A DNA stretch of 64,000 nt. Source: Candidatus Poribacteria bacterium (GTDB lineage: Bacteria; Poribacteria; WGA-4E; WGA-3G). A program made the position numbers and the translations under genes. This document shows positions 20,392-29,956 of the stretch, piece by piece (the stretch's first letter is position 1; each line of letters starts with the position of its first letter). The DNA lies in assembly GCA_022823085.1 (NCBI GenBank), contig JAJDXV010000079.1, forward strand, positions 5,943 through 69,942. The letters run 5' to 3'. Under the pieces are notes generated by a model that worked only from the letters and a program-made list of their open reading frames with translations, made no database searches and was not told the origin of the DNA.

Positions 20392-21834
20392 ATGGATGCC
20401 TACATTAAGATAAAAAACTTCGGTCCGATAGAAAAGGCAGAGATAGACCTACGTCCGCTGACTGTATTCGTCGGTGAAAGTAACACCGGTAAAACTTATC
20501 TTGCCGCGCTTATTTACGCGTTACACAAACATTTTGAGGGGGTCCCACAATTGCCTTGGGCAGCCTCTACTGCTTCTTATTTCACTCTTGATTACCGTTC
20601 GCGAGACCGTTATCCACAAAGTCAGCAGAAGGTATTAGAGCAAGAAATGTTAGAAATACTTGAAAAGTTAAACGCGTCTGGGCGGCCGTTCAAATTTTCC
20701 GATTTACCTCAGAAGATGTGCGACATGTTGGAATATAGACTCACAGATCAGGAAAACTTTCCAGACGAGCTCAAGCGGTGTTTCGATTTTGAGAATGTTT
20801 CCAAGTTAATTCGATTCGCTGGAAACCGAAGCAACGAAATGAAAGTCGCACTGTCAGTTCGCGACGGAGATCAAACGTGTTGGAATTTTGAGACGCGGGT
20901 TGCTGGATCCGCCGATCCCACTATAACTGGGCATATTAACCCTGACATGATTCTCCTTGACGCAAAGCGTGAAACTGAGTTCCATGAGATATCCGATGTT
21001 GAACGTCTATTTCGGACTTTACATGCCTGTCGGTGGAGAAGATCGGATTCATACTACTTGCCTGCTGCTCGGAGTGGCATCATGCAAAGCCTCGGTGTAA
21101 TCAAACTTTCTCTTATCAAGCGGACGACGCGCATCGATTTAGATCGCCTTGAAACATCTACATTTTCTGGAATGATAGCGGATTTTCTGGAGTGGGTCAT
21201 CAGTTACACGGAAATCGGCACATCATCGAGCAGTATACGTCGCGTCGCTGAACAACTGGAGACGGAGCTGCTGGAGGGTAGAATAGAGGTTAAACGCTCC
21301 ACGCCAGAAGCGTATTCGGAATTTCTATACCGTCCAGATCAAGGGAAAGAGACACTGCGGATGAGCCACGCCTCGGCAATGGTATCTGAACTCACACCTT
21401 TAGTTTACCTTCTGCAAGGTATCATCGGACCAGGGGACTTGATCATTATTGAAGAACCTGAATCTCACCTACATCCCGGTGCACAAACCAAAATCGCCCA
21501 AACGCTTGTCCGTTTGGTCCGAGCGGGTGTTCGCGTCCTGATTACAACACATAGCAACTATCTCCTCCAACAAATTGGGAACTTAATCCGTGAAGGTGAA
21601 TTGCAGAAACTTGGAGAATCCACAAGTGAATCAGCAGACTACCTGAAAAAAGAAGAGGTCGGCGCGTGGCAATTCTATAAGAACAAACCGGTCACAGAAC
21701 TCCCGTTTGACCTTATTGAAGGCATAGAACCGGAAGACCACTTGGATATAGCCGAGGACCTCTACAACGAGTCCGCAGGGCTCCAAAACAGAATTGAGCA
21801 AACGAAAGAGGAAGATGCGGTTGAATCTGAATAA
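20392..21834 (+). CDS. ABC-type (AAA_15/AAA_21-like) ATPase, no nuclease domain
   Basis: Walker A GESNTGKT, Q-loop YLPAARSG, signature-like SHASAMVSEL, Walker B LIIIEEPESHLHP, H-loop ITTHS. Confidence 0.85.
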   Translation: MDAYIKIKNFGPIEKAEIDLRPLTVFVGESNTGKTYLAALIYALHKHFEGVPQLPWAASTASYFTLDYRSRDRYPQSQQKVLEQEMLEILEKLNASGRPFKFSDLPQKMCDMLEYRLTDQENFPDELKRCFDFENVSKLIRFAGNRSNEMKVALSVRDGDQTCWNFETRVAGSADPTITGHINPDMILLDAKRETEFHEISDVERLFRTLHACRWRRSDSYYLPAARSGIMQSLGVIKLSLIKRTTRIDLDRLETSTFSGMIADFLEWVISYTEIGTSSSSIRRVAEQLETELLEGRIEVKRSTPEAYSEFLYRPDQGKETLRMSHASAMVSELTPLVYLLQGIIGPGDLIIIEEPESHLHPGAQTKIAQTLVRLVRAGVRVLITTHSNYLLQQIGNLIREGELQKLGESTSESADYLKKEEVGAWQFYKNKPVTELPFDLIEGIEPEDHLDIAEDLYNESAGLQNRIEQTKEEDAVESE

Positions 21835-21988
21835 AAGTCTTACCGACATTCAAGAGCAGGTATCCCCAGACAGTCTCACGAATTCATGCAGCGGAGAAGG
21901 ATGTCAGATATACCTTACCGGCATACCCAGTCGGAAGGTCGTGATAAATGTAGAGAAAGAGTTCGACGCACGCAAAGACAAAAGGTAA
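21815..21988 (+). CDS. 57-aa ORF overlapping the ATPase 3' end (possible 5' remnant of a partner gene)
   Basis: ATG 21815 lies 20 nt inside the ATPase gene. MRLNLNKSLTDIQEQV...VINVEKEFDARKDKR. No recognisable domain. Ends ~100 nt before a convergent gene. Confidence 0.3.
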   Translation: MRLNLNKSLTDIQEQVSPDSLTNSCSGEGCQIYLTGIPSRKVVINVEKEFDARKDKR

Positions 21989-22089
21989 AACTCTGACGGT
22001 TCTGACAGGGCGTTGTGGTAGAAAAAAGAACCTCGCGAACCTACTATCCAAGGCAGGTTATCTTTAATCTTATGAGGTGGCTTAGGGAA

Positions 22090-22740
22090 TTACCTTGGCT
22101 TTTCTATCTTATGCGGGGAACAAATTCCACAAGGGTCATAATTCTTTTCGGCTTCATCCAAATAAATCGCAAACTTTCCATCAGCGTATTGCTTCAAAAA
22201 ATTGCAATTGTAGGTATGGTATTTCCTGCCTGTCTCCGTGATATAAACAATTGGATCTGGCGGATCGGGCCACAACAACAAAAGTGATGAGATACTAACA
22301 ATAAACAGAACGCCTAAGGACAAGGCAATCCGTTTCCACCAGTGTGAAGTTCTTGCCGATACAGGTCTCCAGTTCTCAATGCCCCGTTCAAAATCTTCCC
22401 GATTGATCTCAGCAAACCAATTATTGTACTTATTCTCGCAGAACTCCCAATTCCCGGGATCCGTGCCGACAGCGAGAACACCGTACTGTGTATTAGTAGC
22501 ACTCATATAACCTTTCAACTGTGCTCTCGCTTGTGCGCGTGGGATCGGGAGCGGTAATCTCTTGCACTCCGCAATCGCGACAAAGTATCCTCTTTCATCT
22601 CTAATGGGTTGATGTAAAACAACATCCGCGATGCCGTGTCGCGTGCCGAACTGGACATCGCACTGCTGTGATGTTGAAAATTGCGGGAATTGATTTTCAA
22701 AATAGTTTTTGACTGCTCGTTCAACTATGGCCTCTCTCAT
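22090..22740 (-). CDS. membrane-anchored PD-(D/E)xK (HsdR-N-like) protein with C-terminal Cys/His cluster
   Basis: IADVVL...VAIAECKR...AQLKGYM...YGVLAVG core; TM IALSLGVLFIVSISSLLLLW; C-terminal GRKYHTYNCNF...DPCGIC. GGAAGGAGGGG SD; ATGA overlap with the upstream ORF. Confidence 0.6.
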   Translation of the reverse strand: MREAIVERAVKNYFENQFPQFSTSQQCDVQFGTRHGIADVVLHQPIRDERGYFVAIAECKRLPLPIPRAQARAQLKGYMSATNTQYGVLAVGTDPGNWEFCENKYNNWFAEINREDFERGIENWRPVSARTSHWWKRIALSLGVLFIVSISSLLLLWPDPPDPIVYITETGRKYHTYNCNFLKQYADGKFAIYLDEAEKNYDPCGICSPHKIEKPR

Positions 22741-23009
22741 TACCCCTCCTTCCGCTTCTCGTTCTTAAATCTTCTCGCTTGGTGTAGGCGAAACATCCGC
22801 GGGGAATAATAGACATTTGGACGTAGGATTGGATAGAGAATTCTCCTCATTGGAGCATGCTTTTTCCGGAAGTTTGGACAACGGGTATAGTCATGAAGTT
22901 GAAATAGACGGGCGACAGCGTTCGGGGCAATGAATACCCCGAGCCCCGGCACTACTATTTGGTGTTTCGGTCTGATGATGTCTCTATCAGATTCACTTCC
23001 AATCGGCAT
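22740..23009 (-). CDS. 89-aa very basic ORF, unknown
   Basis: GGGAGGG SD 7 nt before ATG 23009. Stop overlaps the next start (ATGA). No motif recognised. Confidence 0.4.
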   Translation of the reverse strand: MPIGSESDRDIIRPKHQIVVPGLGVFIAPNAVARLFQLHDYTRCPNFRKKHAPMRRILYPILRPNVYYSPRMFRLHQARRFKNEKRKEG

Positions 23010-23331
23010 CTACATTCCCTCCCTTACGCCTCAAATAAATTCTAATGAACCCTTCAAACCCAGCAATCACCTTGGACGCGGGGTTAGCAACTACGTTCTT
23101 GACACGCGCGACGCGTTCCGCGGACGCGTTGTCCCAGAGCCACACATCATCAAACGCTTTGATTTGTGGATCAATGCGGAGTCCAGAATCCTTGAAAACC
23201 TTGTTATATTTCTCGTTGGAGTTGAACGGCGGATCAAGGCAGATCAAGTCGATATAGTTGTCGGGAAAGCTTGACATAATATCAAGACAATCGCCGTAAT
23301 AGAGCGTATTGGGTGCAAATTGAATGTTCAT
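22993..23331 (-). pseudogene. 5' fragment of a beta-class N4/N6 DNA methyltransferase
   Basis: GAGAGGA SD + ATG 23331. MNIQFAPNTLYYGDCLDIM...DLICLDPPFNSN (motif IV) ...FDDVWLWD. The ORF stops after ~112 aa, and no SAM-binding FxGxG motif follows in any frame. Confidence 0.6.
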
Positions 23332-23783
23332 AGTCCTCTCGCAGACTGCAGCATGAGAGTAAAGGGATACCCTTTTCTCTGGGTCAAAAAAAATGACAGG
23401 ACTATAGGGGTGGGTGCGCTGATGCGCGCATCGCGAGGGTATAGAAAGGTGTTCGGCAACCTTCCCTATAGGGTGCTGGTTTCCATTAATCTCACACACA
23501 AAACGTCCGGTGTGATACAATAGAAACCAGCGCTGTCATACTATACCTATGGCAGTGCTAAGCGTCGCGGGTATTGGTAGTACCTGCGGCGCACCTAAGA
23601 AATTAGGGAGCTGCCCTGACGTGAACAACACTTTATTAGTAAAAGTGCTTTCAAAACCTTGAGTTCACGTCAAATATATTATAGCAAAAAAAGAAAATTT
23701 TTGTAACAATTTTTTTCGGGATTCCAAGGCACTCGGCATTCATAAAACGTGCAAATACTTTTTGATGGATTAGTCGTGAGATA

Positions 23784-24794
23784 CTAAAACCTATGCCGAA
23801 CGAGTTGCGTCCAGCGTATCTCCCACGGGTTCAGTTCAAATAACGGCTCAACCGTGAAATCATCGTTTTCGGAGTAGTAATCAACCTCACCCATAAGAAC
23901 GATCGAGAACGAGAAAGGTTCTTTTTTTCGTGGGATCTTTATGTTATCGAGCTTGAATTCGATCTCGGGGGACGCATTAAGGCGATACGAATTGAAGTTC
24001 CAGTGAGGTAGATATTCGATTAGCATGGAGAGGTTTACCCACTTGAATTCCTTTTCGATGTTACAGTGTGTACGTAAACCGAATCGGAACTTTTCACCTT
24101 CCAGGGGTTCTTTTCCCAAACGCAGAAATTCTGTCCAACCGCCGAAGGCTAATTCTACGAAAGTCAAAGGATTGTATTCTCCATAAAGCGTGAAATTTAG
24201 GCGAGGGTCATCTTCGATAGTAATATCACTTTCAAATTCAATATGTCCACCGCCACCGAATTTGCTTATAGTGCTCCCTTCAAGTCGATAGGAGTATGAT
24301 CTGGAGAGAAACTCCCAGCCGGTGAAACTTTTCTGTAAAGCTCTCCATACGGATGCTTCGGATGGGATTTCCTCTTTCGTGAACGTCGTAAAATAGTTTC
24401 CGCTGAGTTTGCCTTCAATCTTCTTGAATTTGAAAGGGCGTTCAAAAAAGAGAGCAAGGCTTTGGGTCCTATTGTCTCCCTGAAGCGAGAAATCGAATGT
24501 CGGACGTTCATCCAAGTCTTTTTCATCTGTGTCTTTTGCTTTTCCGCAGATTCCTCTGTTGTTTGTTTTTCTTTTCCAGTGGACTGAGCAGTTAGAATAA
24601 AAACTGAACGGAACAGTGTTGCGATTGTTGTCATAGCAAGTGTAACCAGACGCGATCTGGACATTTTCGTTCTCCATTTTGTATCGTTGACTAAGGAAAT
24701 TCACCAATTGGATAGGTATTGCGATTCGGAAATTGGATCTATAGGTGATAATCTTCTTGATAAGGTAAGTGCTGTTAGTTTGGAGCCATCTCAA
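23784..24794 (-). CDS. hypothetical beta-strand-rich protein downstream of cap3
   Basis: ORF starts 13 nt after the cap3 stop (TTG 24794; first ATG at 24677). Alternating aromatic/polar strands (FSFSIVLMGEVDYY, LNFTLYGEY) and C-terminal ...VRHRF. No signal peptide, no SD. Confidence 0.45.
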   Translation of the reverse strand: MRWLQTNSTYLIKKIITYRSNFRIAIPIQLVNFLSQRYKMENENVQIASGYTCYDNNRNTVPFSFYSNCSVHWKRKTNNRGICGKAKDTDEKDLDERPTFDFSLQGDNRTQSLALFFERPFKFKKIEGKLSGNYFTTFTKEEIPSEASVWRALQKSFTGWEFLSRSYSYRLEGSTISKFGGGGHIEFESDITIEDDPRLNFTLYGEYNPLTFVELAFGGWTEFLRLGKEPLEGEKFRFGLRTHCNIEKEFKWVNLSMLIEYLPHWNFNSYRLNASPEIEFKLDNIKIPRKKEPFSFSIVLMGEVDYYSENDDFTVEPLFELNPWEIRWTQLVRHRF

Positions 24795-24806
24795 TTAGTT
24801 TTGGAG

Positions 24807-25361
24807 TTACACGGAAGTTGGCGAATCCACTGTATCTTGACTCTGATATATCTGGGCAAGCGGAATCCTGCCTCGTTTTCGTGAATACACAAAAACGCCT
24901 ATTTCATCCACGCTTGAAAGCGTGTGTCCGATAAGAATGAGAATGCATTCCGGACAGGTTGTGTTTGTGTCTTTTGCTATCGCCAACTGGTTTTTGTCAT
25001 CGGTTTGACTTGGAAAGGGAGGGGCATCTGGATGGCTATGCCATTCGCCGACATAATGACGTTTACCGCTAAAAGTCTGTCGGAGCTTCATAAAGAACTT
25101 TCTCAAACCGGCGACCCCTCTATAAAATGAAGTCCTGGAACCTTTCGAGTCCGGACTTAAGGGAGCTAGATCAAGAACAGACGCTTCAAAGCCGTTATCG
25201 GAATAACATCCAACTAAAGAGGTCCCGACTTCGTTGGGATAATGTGCGTGCGCCATTTTTTTTATCTTCAGAAAGCAAGCGTTAGAGAGTCGGACGGTAT
25301 ATTTCTGGCAGTCCGACTGCCATTTTAGTAAAGTGCTGTTTGGCAATATTCTTTTCCCCAT
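24807..25361 (-). CDS. cap3: CBASS Cap3 (JAB/JAMM isopeptidase)
   Basis: Exact JAMM motif HSHPDAPPFPSQTD plus upstream Glu (YPNEVGTSLVG). Overlaps the cap2 3' end. Confidence 0.85.
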   Translation of the reverse strand: MGKRILPNSTLLKWQSDCQKYTVRLSNACFLKIKKMAHAHYPNEVGTSLVGCYSDNGFEASVLDLAPLSPDSKGSRTSFYRGVAGLRKFFMKLRQTFSGKRHYVGEWHSHPDAPPFPSQTDDKNQLAIAKDTNTTCPECILILIGHTLSSVDEIGVFVYSRKRGRIPLAQIYQSQDTVDSPTSV

Positions 25362-27160
25362 ACTTTTTCGACCAGCACACCCTGTTGATCATTCGTTTGT
25401 GGCGTGAAGTTTTTCCTTTTGACGATGGATGCAATACCTGTTTCTTGTTTGGTGGCTATAGAGTCGCTGATAATATCTACAGCGTGTGCAGCGAGAATTT
25501 GAACGTGTGCATTGAGTGCGGGGAAGCTCGGATGCCAACACCCCGCACCTTCTATAATTTGTTCGTCTTTTGAGGCTTGATAGAAGTACACCCCGGGGTC
25601 AAGCGGTGTGTATTTCTGTTGAACGGCGTATTTTAGGTCCTTAAAGATGTCGCTGCATGAGATTTTACCGGAGATACATAAGGTAAGCAATTCTGCATGA
25701 AAATTGAAGAACAAGGAAATCAACCGTTTTCCGTTTTTCACTGCGTATTGATTCAGCCACTGAAAAGCGGCTTCACTCGTGGTACAATCAATAAATACTT
25801 CGGCATCTGTCAGGACTTGGCAAATTGACTCATCCGAGCGTGAATGTAGGGGTATCTTCTCGAAATACCCCTTTATCTTTGACAGGGGATTCGATCGGGA
25901 CAATCTTTCGGCGAGAGCTTTTGCTTTATTCAGACCGACAGAAGAGCCGTCAAGGGTATGGCGACAGAGATTGCCAAACTTTATCGTGTCATGGTCAACG
26001 AGGCTCATTTGGTGGACCCCGCCGCGTGCGAGTAATTCTGCGACAGAACTCCCCAACGCCCCGCAGCCGAAAATGACAATAGGTGTTTCTTGAACCTTTG
26101 ATGGATACGCCCCTCTTGCATAGATTCGATCGCGTGTGACGTTTTCAACCATTCCCCATGGCAACTGTTGAGAGGGTGAGAAACATCCATTTTCTTTCAA
26201 TCTTTGCCAGATTTGTCTGGGTTTACGAGCAGGTCCTTTTAAGCGAGGTTTTTGTTTTTGTTTTCTGAATCCATTGAGATTTTGAAAAAGAAGAGGTTGC
26301 CAATGGATTTCGGTGAACGGTGCTCCGACTTTTTTTTGAATCGGAAAACCGATGAGGAGAATTCCGAACTTATACGAATTTTTAAGATTCCAAGTTTCTT
26401 TGAGAAGTGTATAGAAGTCCAAATCATTCCTTGAACACAACTCCACCATCTCCTGATATGTTTGAGGTGGGCGATGTCTTTCATAACGGATATCAGGTAC
26501 AAGTACCCATTTCCCTTTGATTTCGCCCGCCTCTCTCAGTACGTTTGAGGAGAATTCTGCTTCTCTCACCAATGAACCGTCCCTTTGGTAAAATCTGACG
26601 GCGAATATTGCCTGAATCTCATTGCCCCAAAAGCATTCAACGTCCCCGGATCTGCAGAGGAGCGGTTCCCATTTTTCGTAAGAGTTTGATGACTCCTCAA
26701 ATATCAACGGTGCTTCCAGAAGCTTACAGCTAAAGTCGGGCAATTCATACGGTTCGCCTGGTTGTAGCAGTTTTCCATTGGCTGCGTCTTTGAGCCATTG
26801 AATGGCCCATTCAACATAACAAACGAGCCGGGAAGCATTCACGGGGGCGAGTGCTTCTTCGGGTAAGCACAATTTTCCAGTTTCAGCATCTTGGTGTGGG
26901 AACGCTTTGACGTTTTCGGGATCGACTTCTACGGGTTCCATCGGGAATGTTTCAGGTATTACGACGCGTAAAGTGACATTCTCCGGCACCTGCTCAGGAT
27001 TCGGATAGGGAACCTTAGCAACACACTCGAATTCCCATCCTGTTTCCCCGTCGGTAAGGTTCTCCCGAATGGGTACGGTAATTTCAACGATACGGCGTTG
27101 AACCAAATCGTTATAGGCTTCTATCACAATATCAGTGAATTCACACGGTTGTCTATCCAT
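25325..27160 (-). CDS. cap2: CBASS Cap2 (E2-E1 fusion)
   Basis: N-terminal E2-like HQDAETGKLCL. Central ThiF/E1 Rossmann IVIFGCGALGSSVAELLARGG...VDHD. 8-nt overlap with the CD-NTase gene. Confidence 0.85.
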   Translation of the reverse strand: MDRQPCEFTDIVIEAYNDLVQRRIVEITVPIRENLTDGETGWEFECVAKVPYPNPEQVPENVTLRVVIPETFPMEPVEVDPENVKAFPHQDAETGKLCLPEEALAPVNASRLVCYVEWAIQWLKDAANGKLLQPGEPYELPDFSCKLLEAPLIFEESSNSYEKWEPLLCRSGDVECFWGNEIQAIFAVRFYQRDGSLVREAEFSSNVLREAGEIKGKWVLVPDIRYERHRPPQTYQEMVELCSRNDLDFYTLLKETWNLKNSYKFGILLIGFPIQKKVGAPFTEIHWQPLLFQNLNGFRKQKQKPRLKGPARKPRQIWQRLKENGCFSPSQQLPWGMVENVTRDRIYARGAYPSKVQETPIVIFGCGALGSSVAELLARGGVHQMSLVDHDTIKFGNLCRHTLDGSSVGLNKAKALAERLSRSNPLSKIKGYFEKIPLHSRSDESICQVLTDAEVFIDCTTSEAAFQWLNQYAVKNGKRLISLFFNFHAELLTLCISGKISCSDIFKDLKYAVQQKYTPLDPGVYFYQASKDEQIIEGAGCWHPSFPALNAHVQILAAHAVDIISDSIATKQETGIASIVKRKNFTPQTNDQQGVLVEKVWGKEYCQTALY

Positions 27161-28298
27161 ATCTGCGAGGTGTTAAATCACCTGTTTGATTTCTTGGTGG
27201 TGGGACAAAGGGGCCTTCTGAACTATTTCCTGTATTCCCATTTTCATCAGAGTTGCCGGAATCGGGAAACTTACTGCCGAACAATTCTTTCCATTTTTCA
27301 ATAGATTTTTCTTTTGTCTCAGCATCAAGAGCTTCACGTGCGATTTCAGAAGCGTCTTCAGCGTGTTCGTAGAATTCAGCGAATTCTTCGCCGTCCACCC
27401 TCTCTAAAACATTGTGTCCAGGGACACCATGGTCTGGGAGGCAGGGAACAAGTTTGTATTCTGCATACGCACTATAATCCGCGACGATCGTTTCCAGTGA
27501 CTTTGTCACTCCTTCGGCAACAGATGTTATACTATCAGGGCAGCAGACACCGACGAGGTGTTCAAGCGGATAGCCTTTTGGTCTGTCGTCAGGATGATGG
27601 ACTCTTTGCCACCATTTTATGGCTTTAACGACATTAACGTAATGCTTATTGCATCTGGCGTTCTTTCCCCATGTCCATTTTATTTGCTCTAACGGATGGG
27701 TCTCTTCCCAGTCACCAGCATCTCGATTTGGTATCCATAACGGTTCGGTTTTCCATTCTTGTTCTTGACGGATTGCTTCAAGAAAAGCGATTTGACTGCT
27801 CCTTTCCTCCGGCGGAACCCAAGATTTTTTAAAAAACCAATCATCAATATCCTCCGGAGTTAGGATGGTTCGGGCTGCTTGGCTTTTGTAAGCTTCCTCT
27901 TCTGCTTCAGACGGTGCCGAGGTAATGACAAGGTCGAGATTCACGTACGACAATTCAATTCCAAATGAACGTCCTTGTCTTTGATATTTACCCTCGTAGT
28001 ACTCATCCAAAAAGGGAACGAAGATATCCATAGCATCATCCGGGTTTTGATAATCCTCTCGCTTCAGGCGGGTGACGGTGATGATATCAACATCTAATTT
28101 TGCCTCACCTTTTGGACGAACAGCAGTCGCGCGCCGGTAACTCCCTTGTAGAAAAGTACTTACAAGAATAGATTTCAGGTCTTCATAGGCGTGCAGTCGA
28201 TCGCGGAGGGTTTGATGTCCTGTTTTGCAGTCATTTCTTTGATTCTCTGTGGGACGGATGCCTTGGAGAAACTTTGTAAAATAGGTTGTTAATTTCAT
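27153..28298 (-). CDS. CD-NTase (cGAS/DncV-like nucleotidyltransferase)
   Basis: Pol-beta NTase signature QGSYRRATAV...KLDVDII. Later ...NVVKAIKWW helix. The protein ends ...RRYG (C-terminal Gly). Confidence 0.85.
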   Translation of the reverse strand: MKLTTYFTKFLQGIRPTENQRNDCKTGHQTLRDRLHAYEDLKSILVSTFLQGSYRRATAVRPKGEAKLDVDIITVTRLKREDYQNPDDAMDIFVPFLDEYYEGKYQRQGRSFGIELSYVNLDLVITSAPSEAEEEAYKSQAARTILTPEDIDDWFFKKSWVPPEERSSQIAFLEAIRQEQEWKTEPLWIPNRDAGDWEETHPLEQIKWTWGKNARCNKHYVNVVKAIKWWQRVHHPDDRPKGYPLEHLVGVCCPDSITSVAEGVTKSLETIVADYSAYAEYKLVPCLPDHGVPGHNVLERVDGEEFAEFYEHAEDASEIAREALDAETKEKSIEKWKELFGSKFPDSGNSDENGNTGNSSEGPFVPPPRNQTGDLTPRRYG

Positions 28299-28324
28299 GG
28301 AGCTGTCCTCCTAATTGTTGAATG

Positions 28325-29896
28325 TTAACAGGCAATACGTAGACTCGGATAATATGTCCGCGGACCACGCTGCCCATCAAAATCGTATTCGTACAGTTGA
28401 ATGGGTTGGGTGATATGCTGCAGTCGCAGTGTATGTCCAAGGATATAAGCCAATGCAACAGGACCTGCGAAAAAGAGGTGTATCGTCTGGCACGTCTCGG
28501 GAATTCTCTCGCTCAGTTGTGCCGCCAACTGATATCCGAACTGCCATGCATGAGTACCTCCAGATATAGCGTAGGGTCCGACACCATCTATAGGGGCAAC
28601 CCGAATCTGCGGCAATTCACTGTATCCTTGAGTCAATAGATAGGATCGCAACTGTTTCTGGATGTCATGCGTCACGGAAATTTCCAAGATGATTTCCTCG
28701 TCAATTTTTCCAACAGTTTCAAACCTCCACAAGTTCGTGTCAGTGTCGGGAGCACTTTGTTTCCAAAGCGTGTAGTCGCTTCTGTTCTTTTGTGTCGGTA
28801 TGATTTGAATCCGATGTTTTGGGCTCACCAAATGTCCCGCAAAGAACGCAATGCTGAGATGACAATCAAAGAAAAGATGGATAGGTTGCGGGACATCCAT
28901 CAATTTTTCGTTCAACATGAATGCCGAAATTTTTGCAGGTATTTCCTTTTTCCAATGGACATCCGTGATAGGAAAACGTTCATCAAACAACGGAAGTAAA
29001 TCCAGACGCGCGACTTGAAGATCGGTGGGGCGCCGTGCGAATTGTGCGAAACTTTGGATGGAAATTTCGCTATGTTTTGTGGCGGGTGAGACCATCAACT
29101 TTTCTTCGCGGATCATCTGGTTAAAAGCCGCTTTGTCAAACGAATTGCGTCCCTGTGCAAAAAGTTCCCAAGCGAGGCTGTCGTAAGGAATGTGAGTTAC
29201 TGTTGGATCAATGGGTTGTAGTCCTGCTAACTTCAGGCGGGGTTCCATTTCACTTGCGAGGTCTACAAGATTCTTTCCAAGCCTAAAACGAACGGTGTTC
29301 AAAAAGGCAAGGAGTTCTTCTGAGGATATAGAGAGATGTGCCGCGAGTTTCGAGCGCGCTTGACCCGCTGCGGATCTCGGTCCATTCTCATAAAAGGTTG
29401 AACGAATCGTTTCCTCATGCAAATGCTTGGCGAGTGCATCTTGATTCGCCCAATGCCAGTTGGAGAAGATGTACAACCGGAACGCGTCAGGATGAAGTTC
29501 TTGTGACAGTTTCACATACGCGTCGTACAGGCGTTTCAGCATTGAATTCTGATTGTTGATAAACTTTGGATCGATGAGGTTTTCATGAGTGAATGCACCG
29601 TGCTGCGTCATGTGGTACTTACACTGAAGGAATTCACAAACGACTTCCCGTTCCCCTGTCACTCGATCTTTTATGGGTTCACTATAGGAGACGACGACAT
29701 CATCGACAAAAGAGACGCGATCGCTTTCCAAGGTGACAGATTTGACATAATCATTGGTTCTGAGGTCAAGCAGCTTTAGCCAGAAGACTCTGGCTTGATA
29801 TTCATCCCCTTTTCTTCGTGCTGCGATCGCTTTTGCCATTATGAAAAGTGCTCCTTGTGTTATTGAGATATCGTAAACGCCTTTTGTTCCATTCAT
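28325..29896 (-). CDS. cap4: CBASS effector Cap4-like (DUF4297 PD-(D/E)xK nuclease + SAVED-like C-terminal half)
   Basis: N-terminal KGDEYQ and VDDVVV...EFLQCKY nuclease motifs. ~300-aa C-terminal sensor region. First gene of the operon. Confidence 0.75.
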   Translation of the reverse strand: MNGTKGVYDISITQGALFIMAKAIAARRKGDEYQARVFWLKLLDLRTNDYVKSVTLESDRVSFVDDVVVSYSEPIKDRVTGEREVVCEFLQCKYHMTQHGAFTHENLIDPKFINNQNSMLKRLYDAYVKLSQELHPDAFRLYIFSNWHWANQDALAKHLHEETIRSTFYENGPRSAAGQARSKLAAHLSISSEELLAFLNTVRFRLGKNLVDLASEMEPRLKLAGLQPIDPTVTHIPYDSLAWELFAQGRNSFDKAAFNQMIREEKLMVSPATKHSEISIQSFAQFARRPTDLQVARLDLLPLFDERFPITDVHWKKEIPAKISAFMLNEKLMDVPQPIHLFFDCHLSIAFFAGHLVSPKHRIQIIPTQKNRSDYTLWKQSAPDTDTNLWRFETVGKIDEEIILEISVTHDIQKQLRSYLLTQGYSELPQIRVAPIDGVGPYAISGGTHAWQFGYQLAAQLSERIPETCQTIHLFFAGPVALAYILGHTLRLQHITQPIQLYEYDFDGQRGPRTYYPSLRIAC

Positions 29897-29956
29897 AGAA
29901 AAGGTGGTGCATGAACATTATAACAACAATCCATATTGTTTATCTTAACGAACAAT

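Noticed and set aside
22015-23274. Plus-strand ORFs 22015..22287, 22930..23274 and 23045..23257.
   Set aside because: They are antisense to minus-strand genes that have SDs and recognisable motifs (PD-(D/E)xK, DPPFN).
23331-23520. 63-aa N-terminal extension of the methyltransferase-fragment ORF (MYHTGRFVCEING...).
   Set aside because: The canonical MTase N-terminus (MNIQF..LYYGDCL) begins at ATG 23331 with its own SD. The extension has no similarity to MTases.
23620-23675. Nested inverted repeat GACGTGAAC...CACTTT..AAAGTG...GTTCACGTC between the beta-rich ORF and the MTase fragment.
   Set aside because: It could be a terminator or an operator, but there is no adjacent T-tract or promoter boxes and no second copy in the window. 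This is too weak to call.
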